Assembly (NCBI RefSeq): GCF_000315625.1
Contig: NW_005434608.1
Span: 381,747-445,746, forward strand
Length of the DNA: 64,000 bases
Reading direction: 5' to 3'
Source of the DNA: Guillardia theta CCMP2712
Taxonomy: Eukaryota; Protista; Cryptophyta
Part shown: one piece after another, positions 11,705-23,119 of the stretch
Numbering within the stretch: position 1 is the first letter of the stretch
How the letters are laid out: every line of letters begins with the position of its first letter
Position numbers and translations under genes: made by a program
The notes under the pieces: generated by a model
What the model was told of the DNA's origin: nothing
Seen by the model: only the letters and a program-made list of their open reading frames with translations
Database searches by the model: none

Positions 11705-12717
11705 ATGCAGCTTCTCCGCTCTTGCCTCCTCCTTGCGCTCGTCGCCTCCGCCTCCGCCTTCTCCGCCCCTACGTGAGTACATCACAAACCTGTCCTCCTT
11801 CTTCCTTCCTGTCCCATCCCTTCTTGTCGATCTCCTCTGCTCTGTCTGTGTTTGGTCGATGCTGAACGTTGTGGGCTAATCTCTCTCGTGCCATGAGGGG
11901 TTTGCTCCTCGTGTGTGAACACCGTTGACAAGGTTGTAGCCCTTGTCAATCGAAGATATTGTTTGTTCATGTGTCGTTCCGATTGACGCGCTGGCTTTCT
12001 CTTCATGAGAGTCATCTCGGGCCATTTTTACCTCACATGTTAGAACTCACTGTGAAAGTCGGCTGACACCTAGTCTGTCCTGACGTTGGCTCCTCTTTTC
12101 ATGTTGCTTCTTATTCTTCTTTGTTGTGATCGATGTTATGTTGCAAGAATTTCGAATGTTTACATCCCCAGCACTGGTGTCGAGGACCTTTGTACATCTC
12201 GCTTGTGTGGACTCGATGAACGCACCCTTCCTTTATACCACTCCTTTCGTCTGTCTGGACTTACTTTGTCTTACACCTTCTCTCGCAGTCTCCCCCTCCG
12301 CGCCTCCGGACGCGCTGCGGTCTCCCAGCGCACTGTGATGAGCTACTCCCCCGTTCCCTCCCCCGAGGGAACCAAGGAGACCTACTGGGAGACCAAGGCT
12401 CCCAGCAGCGAGGTCAGGCTCTCGGAGGAGGATGGAGGCAGCTGCTGATGGGCATGGCAGGTTCTCGGCATCGGCAAGAACCTTCCTTCCGGCTCCTTTG
12501 CCTCCGCCTCCGTCGTTGCTGCTCTCGTTGGAGGCTTCTGCACCAGCCAGGTGACTGACGCTGCCTACAACATGATTTGTCACGTGCTCACTGTTCTCTG
12601 CAGTGCGTCCCCCTCACTGCTGACCCCAACCCTCTCTACATCGCTGGCTCCTTGTTCCTCCCCTACTCCTGGGCCCTTCACGTCGCTGCTTGGATCCAGA
12701 AGAACAACGGCAAGTAA
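11705..12717 (+). CDS. psaR: photosystem I subunit PsaR (Psa28), nucleus-encoded, 4 exons
   Basis: Exons 11705-11772, 12289-12412, 12461-12550 and 12604-12717 splice in frame. Signal peptide ends ASA-F; mature part [15 protein letters not shown]...[23 protein letters not shown] matches the PsaR C-terminal signature as I recall it. Confidence 0.8.
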
Positions 12718-12863
12718 ACGTTGACGCGCGATTTATTGAGTCTCTTGAAGCTTGCAATAAAAGAAGCTGAAGGCATCGCAGCCGTAGTGTGTCAGAGTTG
12801 TTACAGGGAACACAGGAGTCGAAAAAAGGGAGGTTATGATGAACAGAACTTAGTCTGATCCCA

Positions 12864-14540
12864 TCAGACTTCGGGTGCAAACAGAGTCATGCCGCAAGCT
12901 GTATCCGCATGCCCCAGAGCCTTCATGGAATGCTGACAAGACAGTCAGCATGACTTGCAAGAAATCCTAGTCGCAACCTGAAAGCTCTCTCGGCAGAAGA
13001 GAGTCATGCCAGCTTGGCTGTCGACAGCAACAACGTTGCTGCTCATGTTGGCCGACGGCGACTGGAAAAGAGTGATCCCGCAGCTTGACACGGCATGCAA
13101 ATCCTCTGCAACTTCCACCGGCTCCTTCAACACTGTCACATACGCCGTCTCAATGTGTTGACACAAACCTGCACGAACGTGTCCTCCTCCATTTTGAAAA
13201 GAGTCATACCGCAGGACTCGATGCATGTTTCATCCTGTCGCATCCGGGTCAGATCAGCGGAGGGCAAAGACATGTTGTTCACTACGTTGACTGCGCTGTC
13301 GAAGCTTTGAAGGTACTTGGTGAACGAAGCACACTTTTGACGCACAGACTGGATGAGGTTGGACACGTCTGCGCTGTTGAGAGCGTCGGACTCCTCGTCC
13401 TCGACCGTCTCGGCGAACAAGGTCATCCCTGCGATGCTACCAGTAGCTCTCAGGGGTTTCGAGTCTGCCTGATCGACTGCAAGAAAACATCATCATCATC
13501 AAGTTGAGAAACTGGACCGCTCCTCACCAGCACTGAGGAGAGAAACTCCTGCAGTCTCGTTGAACTGCACTTGACGATCCTCCAGAGACTGTTTTCCCTC
13601 ATTCCTGATGAGGGAGATCCCGGCGACGGAATCCATCACTGGGCCCTCGGAACATGCCTGCGAGGGGAGTTTCCCTCCCTGCATCTTGTCCATTCTCTCC
13701 TGGAGCTTCAACATGGCGTCGTTGTACAGCTCATCCACTTGGACGTGGGTGTCGCCGATGCACATCACGTTGAACTCATTCAAGACCAGGTTGAGGACAA
13801 CTCCAGTGTGACCCTCCGGCCGGTAGCGCAGGTGCTCGCACGAGAACAGCTCGACAACCTCCTGGAGGCTCAGCTCGCCAACGACGCTGCTGTCAATGGC
13901 GAACGACCTGAACCACTTCCCTGAGTGAGGATCGAACTTTCCGAGAGGCTTGGTTGCCGCCCCGAGCTTCTGCCCCAGCGGGTTCATCGCAGGCCGAGGA
14001 CCCAGCGAGGTGAGCTTGTCGAGGACGTACATGCGAGCCAGGCCATCTTGACCCTCCGGCATGCAGGGCGAGTCAGCATCTGACAAGGTTCTCGTACGAA
14101 GACCACTCTTCTTGCCGTCATCCTCATCCATCCTTGGCATGTATGACGCGCTAAAGCTGGATGGTCCGGCTTCGTCGTCAGTGCCGCTCCATGACCTGCT
14201 GGACTTCATGACAAAGCCTGCCAAGCATGTGAGAGCTCGAATATCGATTGAAATACGATATCAACAATCAAGCAATGGAGATGGAAAAAAGAACGGATCT
14301 CCTTGAAGCATCAAAACAATGAGGGAAGCAGGCCGTACTAAGATATCAGATGTGACTCATTGATTGCATCGTTCCAGTGAAAACCGGATTCTATGGCGCT
14401 CAAACATATCGAATGCTCTATCACGAGAGGATAAACAGTACACGTTCCATACATCATTTTCGGAAAGCGCTTTTCCCTCATGATGATTGAATCTTATGCA
14501 AGCATGCCTCTGCGACCCCACGACTCGTCACTGCCATCAT
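12864..14540 (-). CDS. protein with a PGM1_C/IQCH-like domain and a C-terminal G(M/I/V)(T/S)L(F/I/L) repeat, multi-exon
   Basis: LSLQEVVELF..EHLRYRPEGHTGVVLNL....FNVMCIGDTHVQVDELY resembles the C-terminal domain of PGM1-type ATP-grasp ligases. The last exon ends DTACGMTLFAPEV* at 12864. The start is approximate. Confidence 0.6.
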
Positions 14541-15070
14541 CCACTGACTCTTATCCTCTAGCTCCATTACCCAATTCTTGACATCTGTTTCATCCTCAGC
14601 AGTCTTTCGTGACTTGCTTGCCTATCTTGTTATCTTCGTTCATTCTTCTTCAACCTCCTCCTCTCCCCCGCGCCACTCCGCATCTCTTCGCAAAGGCCTC
14701 ATGGTCAGGGCCATGGCGCGTACGTACTTGACTACCCACCACGGTACAAAATACTACCCTACCTAATTGGTGTGCTGTTCGTTGGTAACTGATATGGGTA
14801 CTTGGACCGAAAGAGGAGTATTGAACTTAGAGGGGTGGGGTAGTGGGTAGGGGGATAAAATTTTCATTTTAAAGTTTTTAAGTTTTTACAGACGGTCTAC
14901 TAAAAATCCAAGAGTAACGGTTCATGTAACGTCGGATGATCTAGTCGCCGATCGGAGTGCCATCGGTAGTGATAAATCTTCAGAGTCTAATCATGGCAAG
15001 CCGGCAGTCAGGTCCCCCGCCGTTCGGGCCCGGCCCGACACGGACCGGACCCGCAGGCCTGACTAACTTG

Positions 15071-18000
15071 TGTAAGAACTCAGGTTCTGACAAACCTCTC
15101 AGAAGTTCTTTCAGACGCGATAAGTTCAAGGGATGCGTCTAATCAGGTTGTGAACCAAGTGAAGCCTGCAGGTCCAAGCTAGTGGGCTGGAGCTTAGTCT
15201 GTGACTTAGAAGATCCGGTTGGTTGGAGCCTGGGGAAGCTGAGGCGACGCCGGAGGAATCAAGAGGCGCCGGCTGTCGAAGAGGCAGCACTCGTACAGTG
15301 GTGGAAGTAAGGCGGTGGTGTGTGAAGGGAAGCTGTTTGGTTGGTCTTGCTGCTACGAGTGTTGGGAATAAAGTGCTGGGGATTGTTGGGAAGTTGATCT
15401 GAGTTATCTGAGGTGTTTGGTTGGCTGTGAAAGTCATTGGTGTCTTCGTGCGCACATCATCTGTGAGTCTTGGTCTTTGGACTTATCAGTCAGCTGTTGA
15501 GCTGTTCTACTAGTCATTCATCTGTGCACAGACTCTAGGAGTCAGGAATTGATTCCAATACAAAAAGAAAATTTTCTTTTTGTATTCACGAACAAAGGAA
15601 TACAAAAAGACTCTACGATAAGATTCCAAGGACAACGAGTTAAAGGGCTCTTGGTCTTTGTGCGTCGAATTGACAACGAGTTTGAAGGCTCTTTAAGGCT
15701 CCTGGTTGTTGTACTGTACGCTGTTACTCATTTTTTTTTGGAACGGTATTGGTAACTCCAAGTTGACGATCATGAGCATGCCAGATCTGCAAGAGGAGTT
15801 GAAACGAAGCCATGGTGATGTTCAGGTCGACAAGCTGAAGCATGGGAAGGTTACCTCCAAGGAAAAACTCGAGGACCTGTTCCTTCCTTTCTCAGGTGCC
15901 ATGAGTCGTTTTCGTCCGAATCTTGGGGCTTGTTTCTTAAAACTGTTGGACTTGTTTCCGATTGACGAGACTGGATCGTTTGTTGGAGAATTTCATGAAA
16001 TGTGGGAGTCGTCTCCAGAAGGTCTAGAAAAATTCTCTTCGCTGGAGTGGAAGATTCAGGTCACGGCGTTGTTTCTGCATGCAGGGTACATTTGGAAGAA
16101 TGGGAAGAAATTCAAGGATGCTCTTGAGAAGTTTAAGAAGTTGCGAGGAAAATTCGAGGAGGCAATCGCAGCCAGCGAGGATGTGATTGATGGTGCTTCA
16201 GAGGATGGAGAGATGGGTAATCCACTCGATACATCTGTGGTTTTCTCTCCACACAAGTACCAGATATCACCGAGGTTGTTCAGATCCTCAGCTGATCGAC
16301 AGGAGGTGGAAGTCTTATTTGAAGATATTGCTGAGGTACTTGTAAGCACGAACAGTTATTTTCGAGTGAAGCTAAAGGATGATTTCGACATAGAGTGGCA
16401 GATGTCAGGAGGAGGCAACTATCCTTTGGCATTCTTCAAAACTTTGGCACTGGTACGCTGGAATGTAAAGCAACGAAGTGGAGCTGAGCTTATCGAGCTT
16501 ACTGAGGACGAAGGGAGAGATCAGCTCAGAGCGCTAGCGAAACAGCCACTTGAGTCTGAAGAAGCCTTCTGGAGGAACGTGGACAAAATCAAGCTACTGT
16601 TTAAGAATCTCAAGGATAGTATTCAAGGTGTTGTGGGGGCACACCAAAGGATGGGGCCGTTAGAGATCCAGATCGCTGAACTCTTGCATGCCAGGTGTAA
16701 AGAATCGACTTGTGAATCGTTGCAGTCATTGGCATTGAATAGAGAATTGCGAAATTGGAAGAAGAGTAATATGAGACCAGAAAAGATTTCTCTCGACGAA
16801 ATATTCCACTGGGGGCGCATCTTAAAAACTAGAAGCAAGACGACTACGACCGTGACGCCCGCGATGGATGCGAAGGGAGACGTGTCAGTGGTGAATATCA
16901 CTGTGGCAAGTGAACCGATGGTACCGAATGAACCGCAGGCTGTCGGAGAAGTTGCAGTGGGCAAGAAGAGATCCTCGGGGTCAGGCGAAAATAGTGGTCA
17001 AGCGGATTCGGGAGAGCATCGGTTGGGGGATGATACTGAATATATGCCTGACGGTGCAATGTCTCCAGTTCCTCCAGCAGGCAGAAGAACACGGAGGGAT
17101 TTCAAGGCGGAGCGAGGGGTCTTGGAAAGCAAATATGTCAATCGAGATGTCGAAGTTCTTGTAAATGGTCAAGTAGAGCAAGGCAAAATTTTGCAGATGG
17201 TTTTCAAGGAGGGAAAGTTTCTCGCGCGGATTGTTTTCCCAACTCTCGACAATTACTGGGTGTTACGGTCTGTCACTGATCCTGACATCAAGTTTTTGGA
17301 ACAAACCGAACAGAAGGCAATGGTGGTGCTTACAAGTGGGGAGACAATATCAGAGGCCTGCATGTTAGCAGATTATTACTCGTGCAGCTTTCCACCGAAC
17401 GTCTTTGGTGATATGACCGACCATACCAAGGTTTTTAAACCCTGTCTTGATCGTGCAGCGGATGAGATCATGGATGTTGTCGAAGCTACAGTTGGGGGTT
17501 CGCCTGAAGTGGTTGTACTTTCCCAGCACAAGAAATTTCCACAGTATCTGCAAGTTACACATATTGTGCAGGGGTCGACTGAATCTGAAGAGATCTTGTA
17601 TGTTTGGGACAGGGGGGAAGACAGGACAAGCCTTCAGCCAGCATCCCAGCGTTTTGTTCCAGTATGGAGGGATGAGATGTACAAAACTCGTTTACAGCAT
17701 GTCGATCCTGTGTCATCTGCCCCACAGGTCAGTGCTAATGTGGACCCTACTTTCAGGGATACGCGTCTTCTTGTGGCGAATCTAGCGTTGGTCTCTCCCG
17801 TATGGGACGCGGTGGAGCTGGCATCTGACCTGTTATCTCTGATGTCTTCCGACCGTGACAATCCAGCTGCAATGCCTGAGAATCAGGCAGATTACGTGAT
17901 GACAGCGGCTTGCGATGCAGGAAATGTGGAGAACGAAAGTAGTTTTGACAAGTTACCAGATCCCAAGACAAGGTCAGAGATGTTACGTCGTCCGGATCGG

Positions 18001-18785
18001 CATCTTTGGGAGCAGGCTGAAAAGGAGGAAATTGCGAAGATCGAAAGTCGTGGGGTCTGGGAAGTTGTTACGCGTGATCAGAAAAACAGGGAGTCAAATC
18101 ATTCCGTCCTTGCTCGCGCCTTGTGGGTGTATGCTTCAAAACGAGACTTGAAGGGCAAGATCTTGAAACGAAAGGGGCGGCTAGTTATCATGGGCAACTT
18201 ACTTCCTTCATCTGAAGAATTGTTTGCACCGACTACATCGTTGGACAATATCCGGCTCTTGCTGAGCATCGCGGCAGGCAACCGTTGGAGAATCACATTC
18301 AGGGATATCTCTGCTGCTTTCTTGTATGGTGACTTGGAGGTTCCTGTGTATTTGATTCCTCCAGATATCATGAGTCTTCCTCCTGAGTGCCTCCTCAAAG
18401 TCTTGAAGTCGCTCTATGGACTTCGCATTGCACCAAGGAGATGGTATCTTAAGTTCACGCAGGTGTTGAAGACGGTGGGAGCAAGTGGGATAGGACATGA
18501 TGAGATCATCTACCGATACTCCAACTGTGCGGGGGACGTCTTGCTTCTGACTGTCTTCGTGGATGACTTACTCATTGTCTCTCAAACTGAAGCAGTTAAG
18601 ATTGAGTTTCTTGAGAAGCTCAACACAGTATTCGACTTTTCGGGGAGTGAGGCAACAGGTACCTTCTTGGGCATTAAAATAGAACAGAATGACGATCAGG
18701 GTCGGATAACTTTGTCACAACAGCATTTCATTGAAAAGATTGTTGAACGCTTTGAAATCGTTGCCAGAGGTGTCAAAACTCCTCC
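15071..18785 (+). mobile_element. Ty1/copia LTR retrotransposon, 3'-truncated (no RNase H or 3' LTR visible)
   Basis: Intronless 1052-aa ORF with copia reverse transcriptase motifs. The upstream non-coding block begins TGTAAG at about 15071 (putative LTR start, uncertain). Recognisable copia similarity stops at ...VKTP (about 18783). Confidence 0.85.
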
Positions 18786-18864
18786 ACTGACGCGCAGCCC
18801 CAAGCTTGTCGCGTCACACCCTCAACTTCTACGCATCCCAGCACCGCAACTTGATTCGATTTGA
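15772..18864 (+). CDS. copia gag-pol polyprotein (gag-like N-terminus + RVT_2 reverse transcriptase)
   Basis: W..A...E......GVW, WVYASKRD...KGRLV..G, FAPT, DISAAFLYGDL, LKSLYGLRIAPRRWY, VFVDDLL, FLGIKI, LSQQHFI. Confidence 0.9.
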   Translation: MSMPDLQEELKRSHGDVQVDKLKHGKVTSKEKLEDLFLPFSGAMSRFRPNLGACFLKLLDLFPIDETGSFVGEFHEMWESSPEGLEKFSSLEWKIQVTALFLHAGYIWKNGKKFKDALEKFKKLRGKFEEAIAASEDVIDGASEDGEMGNPLDTSVVFSPHKYQISPRLFRSSADRQEVEVLFEDIAEVLVSTNSYFRVKLKDDFDIEWQMSGGGNYPLAFFKTLALVRWNVKQRSGAELIELTEDEGRDQLRALAKQPLESEEAFWRNVDKIKLLFKNLKDSIQGVVGAHQRMGPLEIQIAELLHARCKESTCESLQSLALNRELRNWKKSNMRPEKISLDEIFHWGRILKTRSKTTTTVTPAMDAKGDVSVVNITVASEPMVPNEPQAVGEVAVGKKRSSGSGENSGQADSGEHRLGDDTEYMPDGAMSPVPPAGRRTRRDFKAERGVLESKYVNRDVEVLVNGQVEQGKILQMVFKEGKFLARIVFPTLDNYWVLRSVTDPDIKFLEQTEQKAMVVLTSGETISEACMLADYYSCSFPPNVFGDMTDHTKVFKPCLDRAADEIMDVVEATVGGSPEVVVLSQHKKFPQYLQVTHIVQGSTESEEILYVWDRGEDRTSLQPASQRFVPVWRDEMYKTRLQHVDPVSSAPQVSANVDPTFRDTRLLVANLALVSPVWDAVELASDLLSLMSSDRDNPAAMPENQADYVMTAACDAGNVENESSFDKLPDPKTRSEMLRRPDRHLWEQAEKEEIAKIESRGVWEVVTRDQKNRESNHSVLARALWVYASKRDLKGKILKRKGRLVIMGNLLPSSEELFAPTTSLDNIRLLLSIAAGNRWRITFRDISAAFLYGDLEVPVYLIPPDIMSLPPECLLKVLKSLYGLRIAPRRWYLKFTQVLKTVGASGIGHDEIIYRYSNCAGDVLLLTVFVDDLLIVSQTEAVKIEFLEKLNTVFDFSGSEATGTFLGIKIEQNDDQGRITLSQQHFIEKIVERFEIVARGVKTPPLTRSPKLVASHPQLLRIPAPQLDSI

Positions 18865-21800
18865 TGATCTCGCGCACTACAGTGAAGTTCCACTTCCCCT
18901 CAGCAACGCCCTCGACGTCCCACTCTGACGTTCCCCTCTCCTGCGACACACCCACATCCTCCCCCGTATTCCTCCTCGATCTTTTGCTCTGCACCAGGGA
19001 CCGTGGGCTAGTCTCCTCGTCGAGACGCCGAGGAGGAGAGAGGCTCTTCTGATGCCGCTTGAGCTCGAGCTCTGTGACTGGAGCCTTCTTGGGCTGCTCA
19101 ACAACAGCAGGCTCAGCGTCCGACTCAATCTTGCTGGTGAGGAGGAGCGGGGTGGACTGTGAGGTGACCTTGCCCCTCCTCGGGGAGATCGGGCGAATGG
19201 GGGAGTTGCTGTCCGTCGATGTCAAGTTGGTTGCAGAGCTGTTCCTGGGCAAACGCTGAGAGGGTCGACCTCTAGGCCTTCCCTTGCTGTTTCGGAGCGA
19301 TGAGAAGAAGTCGTGGACATCGTCTTCGTTCACATTGCTGACCCGCAAAGGAAGCTGGAAGTTGAATGTTGTACCCTGGTAGCAAGTCAGGTCTCCAATG
19401 TCTGCTATCCCCTAGCCCTCACTTCCCATCTCCCCTTCCTCCTCTTTTCTTCCTCCTCCTTCCTTGCCCCCAAAGACAGGACGATCATCTCACCTTCCCA
19501 ACTTCAGACTCGCACTGAATGTCACCTCCCATCAGGAGCGCGAGCTTTTTGCAAACGCTCAACCCCAGAGCTCCGTCCTTAAGAAGCTCCACACTGGTAG
19601 AAATGTCAGAGGCAAGCTGAGCTGACGCGGGAGAAGAAAGGGAGGAAGGTAAACGAGCAAGGGAGAAAGCAGCGAGAGTTAGTCTGCACTCACTCTCCGT
19701 CCACGAGGTTGTTCGAGTTATTGTGATTGCCAAAGATCATCTTCAGCTGCTCCGAGTCCATACCAGGGCCATCGTCAATGACCAACATGCTGCAGTTGAA
19801 GCAGACGCGGCCCTTGCTGTCCACAAACGTCTCGGAGCCAGTCCTGGCCTCCACACGAATTTTCTCGATCTCTTCGTGATTGAGAGAGTGGGAGATGATC
19901 TTGGTCAAGACCTGCTGGATGCGGAAGGGATCGCCGACCACGTTGAAGAACTGGAGCTTCGAGGTGTCGATGGAGACGGTGTCGCTCTCCTCGGAGAAAT
20001 GTGAGCCAAGCGCTTCGAAGAGAAGGCGCAGGTCAAACGTCAGCTCTTCAAGCTCTACTCCTCTGCAAGCATCAAGTGAGCGCCCTTAACGTCTGCAGCC
20101 CCTCTAATCACAGCCCTCCCTCCTCTCTTGCAAGCTCTTTCTCTCCCTCACCCTATGTTCTTTCACTCCTGCTCTTTCTCCTCTCTCACCCCATGTTGAT
20201 CTTCGCGATGTCCAAGATGTCATCGATGATCTTCCGCAGCTGGTTCGCTCTCTCCCACGTCCCTTCCACCAGCGCGAACTGCTCGTCATCGATGTCCGTG
20301 TCTTGTAAGAAGGAGATGTTGCCCATGATGCCATTCAGAGGGTTTCTGATCTCATGGCACAGGAACTGCAGCTGCTCCATCTTTGCCTGCATGACGTGTG
20401 AGCCTATCATCTAGGCGAGAGAGTGTCAAGCAAAGAACCTCATTGGCCGCCTCTTCTGCCAACTTGATCTTCTTCATGAGCTCCTTCTCTTGCCTCGTGG
20501 TCACGTCTTGCGCGAAGAAGACCACTCCCTCGACTGTGTCGTTGGTGGTGCGACGAGCTCCGGCGCTGACCAGCAGGTTCACAACCCCCTTGTTTCGCTT
20601 CTTGAAGATGACGTCGATGCAAGCGACTTCACAAAATTTCATCGCATTCACTCGTTGCTCGTTGAGCTGCAAGGGATGACGTCAGCACAAGACACGCAAG
20701 GAACGCCGTTGTCCATCGCACCTTTTGACACATCTCGTTGGAGAAAACTTCCAGGTCGTTGCCAAATATTTCCCCGACAAGGCTCTTGCCGATCACTTCC
20801 TCGCGCTTCAACATGGTAATCTCCGCCATCTTCGAGTTCCACTCATTCACTTTGCCATCGTTCGTGCAGCAGAACACAGGGACGGCACACTGTGCGATCA
20901 ACCTCTCATACTCAGCCGCTACCGACTGAGAAAAGTCCAAAGATCAGTCTTTTCTCGGTGAACGAATTCGGTGCAGACCAACCTTGCATCTCTCAAGAAC
21001 AATCACTGACTCGGTGATGTCTTGACCAACAAACGTGACAGACGCTGCAAAGCCGCAGACTTTCTTGAGCACGTTTGCGTTCAGGAGGAGGTGAACGGTC
21101 TGAGAGAACAATCAAGAAAACAAAAGGATGAAGCATAATTGCATGCAGACCTCTGACTTCTGCTTGTTGCTGAACATCTCAAGATGAAAAGGGTCTGTAT
21201 CAATTCCTGCATTGGTATCGTCTAGGATGCTTGACAACACAGTTCGGAACGACGCAGGGCAGAACTCCTTCAGCTCCTTTCCACATGCTTCTTCCTTTCG
21301 CAACGAGGAGAGTTGTTCCATCTTGGCGTTCCACTGCAAGCATGTGAACTCAGAAAAGACAGCAGACATGATCAATCCTGCACAGACCTGAATGATCACA
21401 CCCGAACGATCTATGCTGAAGATTGGAGCATTCGCAGCGGAGATGATGTTAGACAGCTGGACAAATGTGAGATGGAAATCATGCTTGCACGTAAATCACC
21501 TCTGTAGCCATACGAAAGCTTTCAGTTCTGCTCTTCACCCGCTGCTCATGAATTCTCATGCTCATGTCTTGGGTCAACTCTTGCCCTGTTGCCCACGACA
21601 AGATGTCGTTGACAAACTTCCCGAGATCCTGCACATCCTCCAGGTCGCTCTGAGACCAGTCACGGCAGCCCGCCTCAGCGGACTTGTCATGCTCGATCTG
21701 TCTAAACCAGAGCAGCTCGCCTCCCATCTTGAGGGGAAGGCAGAGCATTCCACATGCGCACAAGGGATCACAATCATACCCCGAAATGATGTCGCGCACA

Positions 21801-23119
21801 TCCCTGCTGCTCGAAAGCTTCCTGTCACTGTCGCTGTAAATCTCATCCACGAGCGCCTTGATGAAGTTCACATCCGGAGTCCTTCCGATGGTGTGGACCT
21901 CGCCGCTTGGCATGACAACAGCTCCTCCTGAGGTGTGGGGGACCACGGAGAGGAGGGAAGTCTCCTGAGATGCCACCAGCCCCTTGAGCGTGTCCACTCC
22001 TTCAAGGTTCTGCATCAAGTCCAGCAAATCTCCATGGATGTTGAGTAGCTTTGACAACCTTGCCTGCCGCTTCACCTCCATCAAGGAGTCCAGCTTGGAG
22101 AAGAAAGCCTGGCTCACGAAGTCGCACACAACTCGGTCATTGATCGACATGTGCTTAGGTTGCGAATAGTTATATCCGATCATGAGGCCCCAATCCCCAA
22201 CTCTCTTGGTCCTGATGGACATCACAAAGAACGACCTGATGCCCATCGAGAGGAAATATTCCTTGGTGAAAGGATCAGTTGCCAGGTAGCTAGACTTGAG
22301 GATAGAAATCTGCGATTTGCTCAATGGGCCCAGGGCTTCCTTCACGAAGCACATGGGCTCGTAGTCAGCGTTGAGATCACGATCGATGCAGAGATTCTTA
22401 AAGCCGCACACTTGGAGCAACTGCTTGCTGGCACTCTGGAACAGGAACGTGGAGTCTTGGACGGACGAAGCCTTGTCCTCTGCGACAGGGATGAGGAAAC
22501 CATACTCACTTTCAGAGGTAGAGAGTTTGTACAGCACAATGCGCTCGTAGCCCAAGATAGAACGCATCGTTGAGACAACAGTGCTGTAGAGGCTCTTGAG
22601 ATCGCGCTCGGCGAACACGTTTTCAATGGTTTCCCGAAAGCTGATCGTCAACTCAATCGGAGACTCTTCTTCTCGGGGCTCGATGTCAAGGATGACGTGG
22701 TCGTTCTCGTACACGAAGTGAATGTACGATTCCACGCCGCCCTTGAAAGTCACGTTGAAGGTGCCTGTAGACATCGAGTCTTTCTTCGCTTGCAACTCCG
22801 GCCAGGGCAGATTCGAGTCCAAGATTAGCTCGGACCAAGTTTTCCCGAGAATGTCATTGACAGCCCGGTTGATGATGCGATCCACGTTCTTACTGCAGCC
22901 AACCACCTTGCCAGTAGAGAGGTTTGCTACCAAGACTGCGCCCCCCGGCTGCACTCGATGGCAGGAAGGTTCACCGTAATATGGGATTTGGATCGGAGCT
23001 CCCAAATCAGAGCGGGGGACATGACTCAAGTTGTTGCTGCTCCTTGTCCTACCTCGGCTTCGCATAAGCCTGGAGCTTATGATCTGATCCATCTCGTAGT
23101 ACCTACGCCCAGCACCCAT
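18773..23119 (-). CDS. phytochrome-like histidine kinase (PAS-GAF-PHY-PAS-PAS-HisKA-HATPase), canonical bilin-binding motifs absent
   Basis: VQPGGAVL..CSKN (nPAS); RSILGYERIVLYK and WGLMIGY (GAF); LLWFR...W (PHY); two PAS repeats (QWNAKMEQLS, EWNSKMAEIT, FFAQDVT); H-box FLCHEIRNPLNGI; GDPFRIQQVL, DDGPGM, LGLSVCKKLALLMGGDI. Confidence 0.88.

Noticed and set aside
15700-15770. LTR end and primer-binding site (TGGTAACTCCAAG)
   Set aside because: No second LTR for comparison, and the sequence could not be matched to a tRNA by eye.
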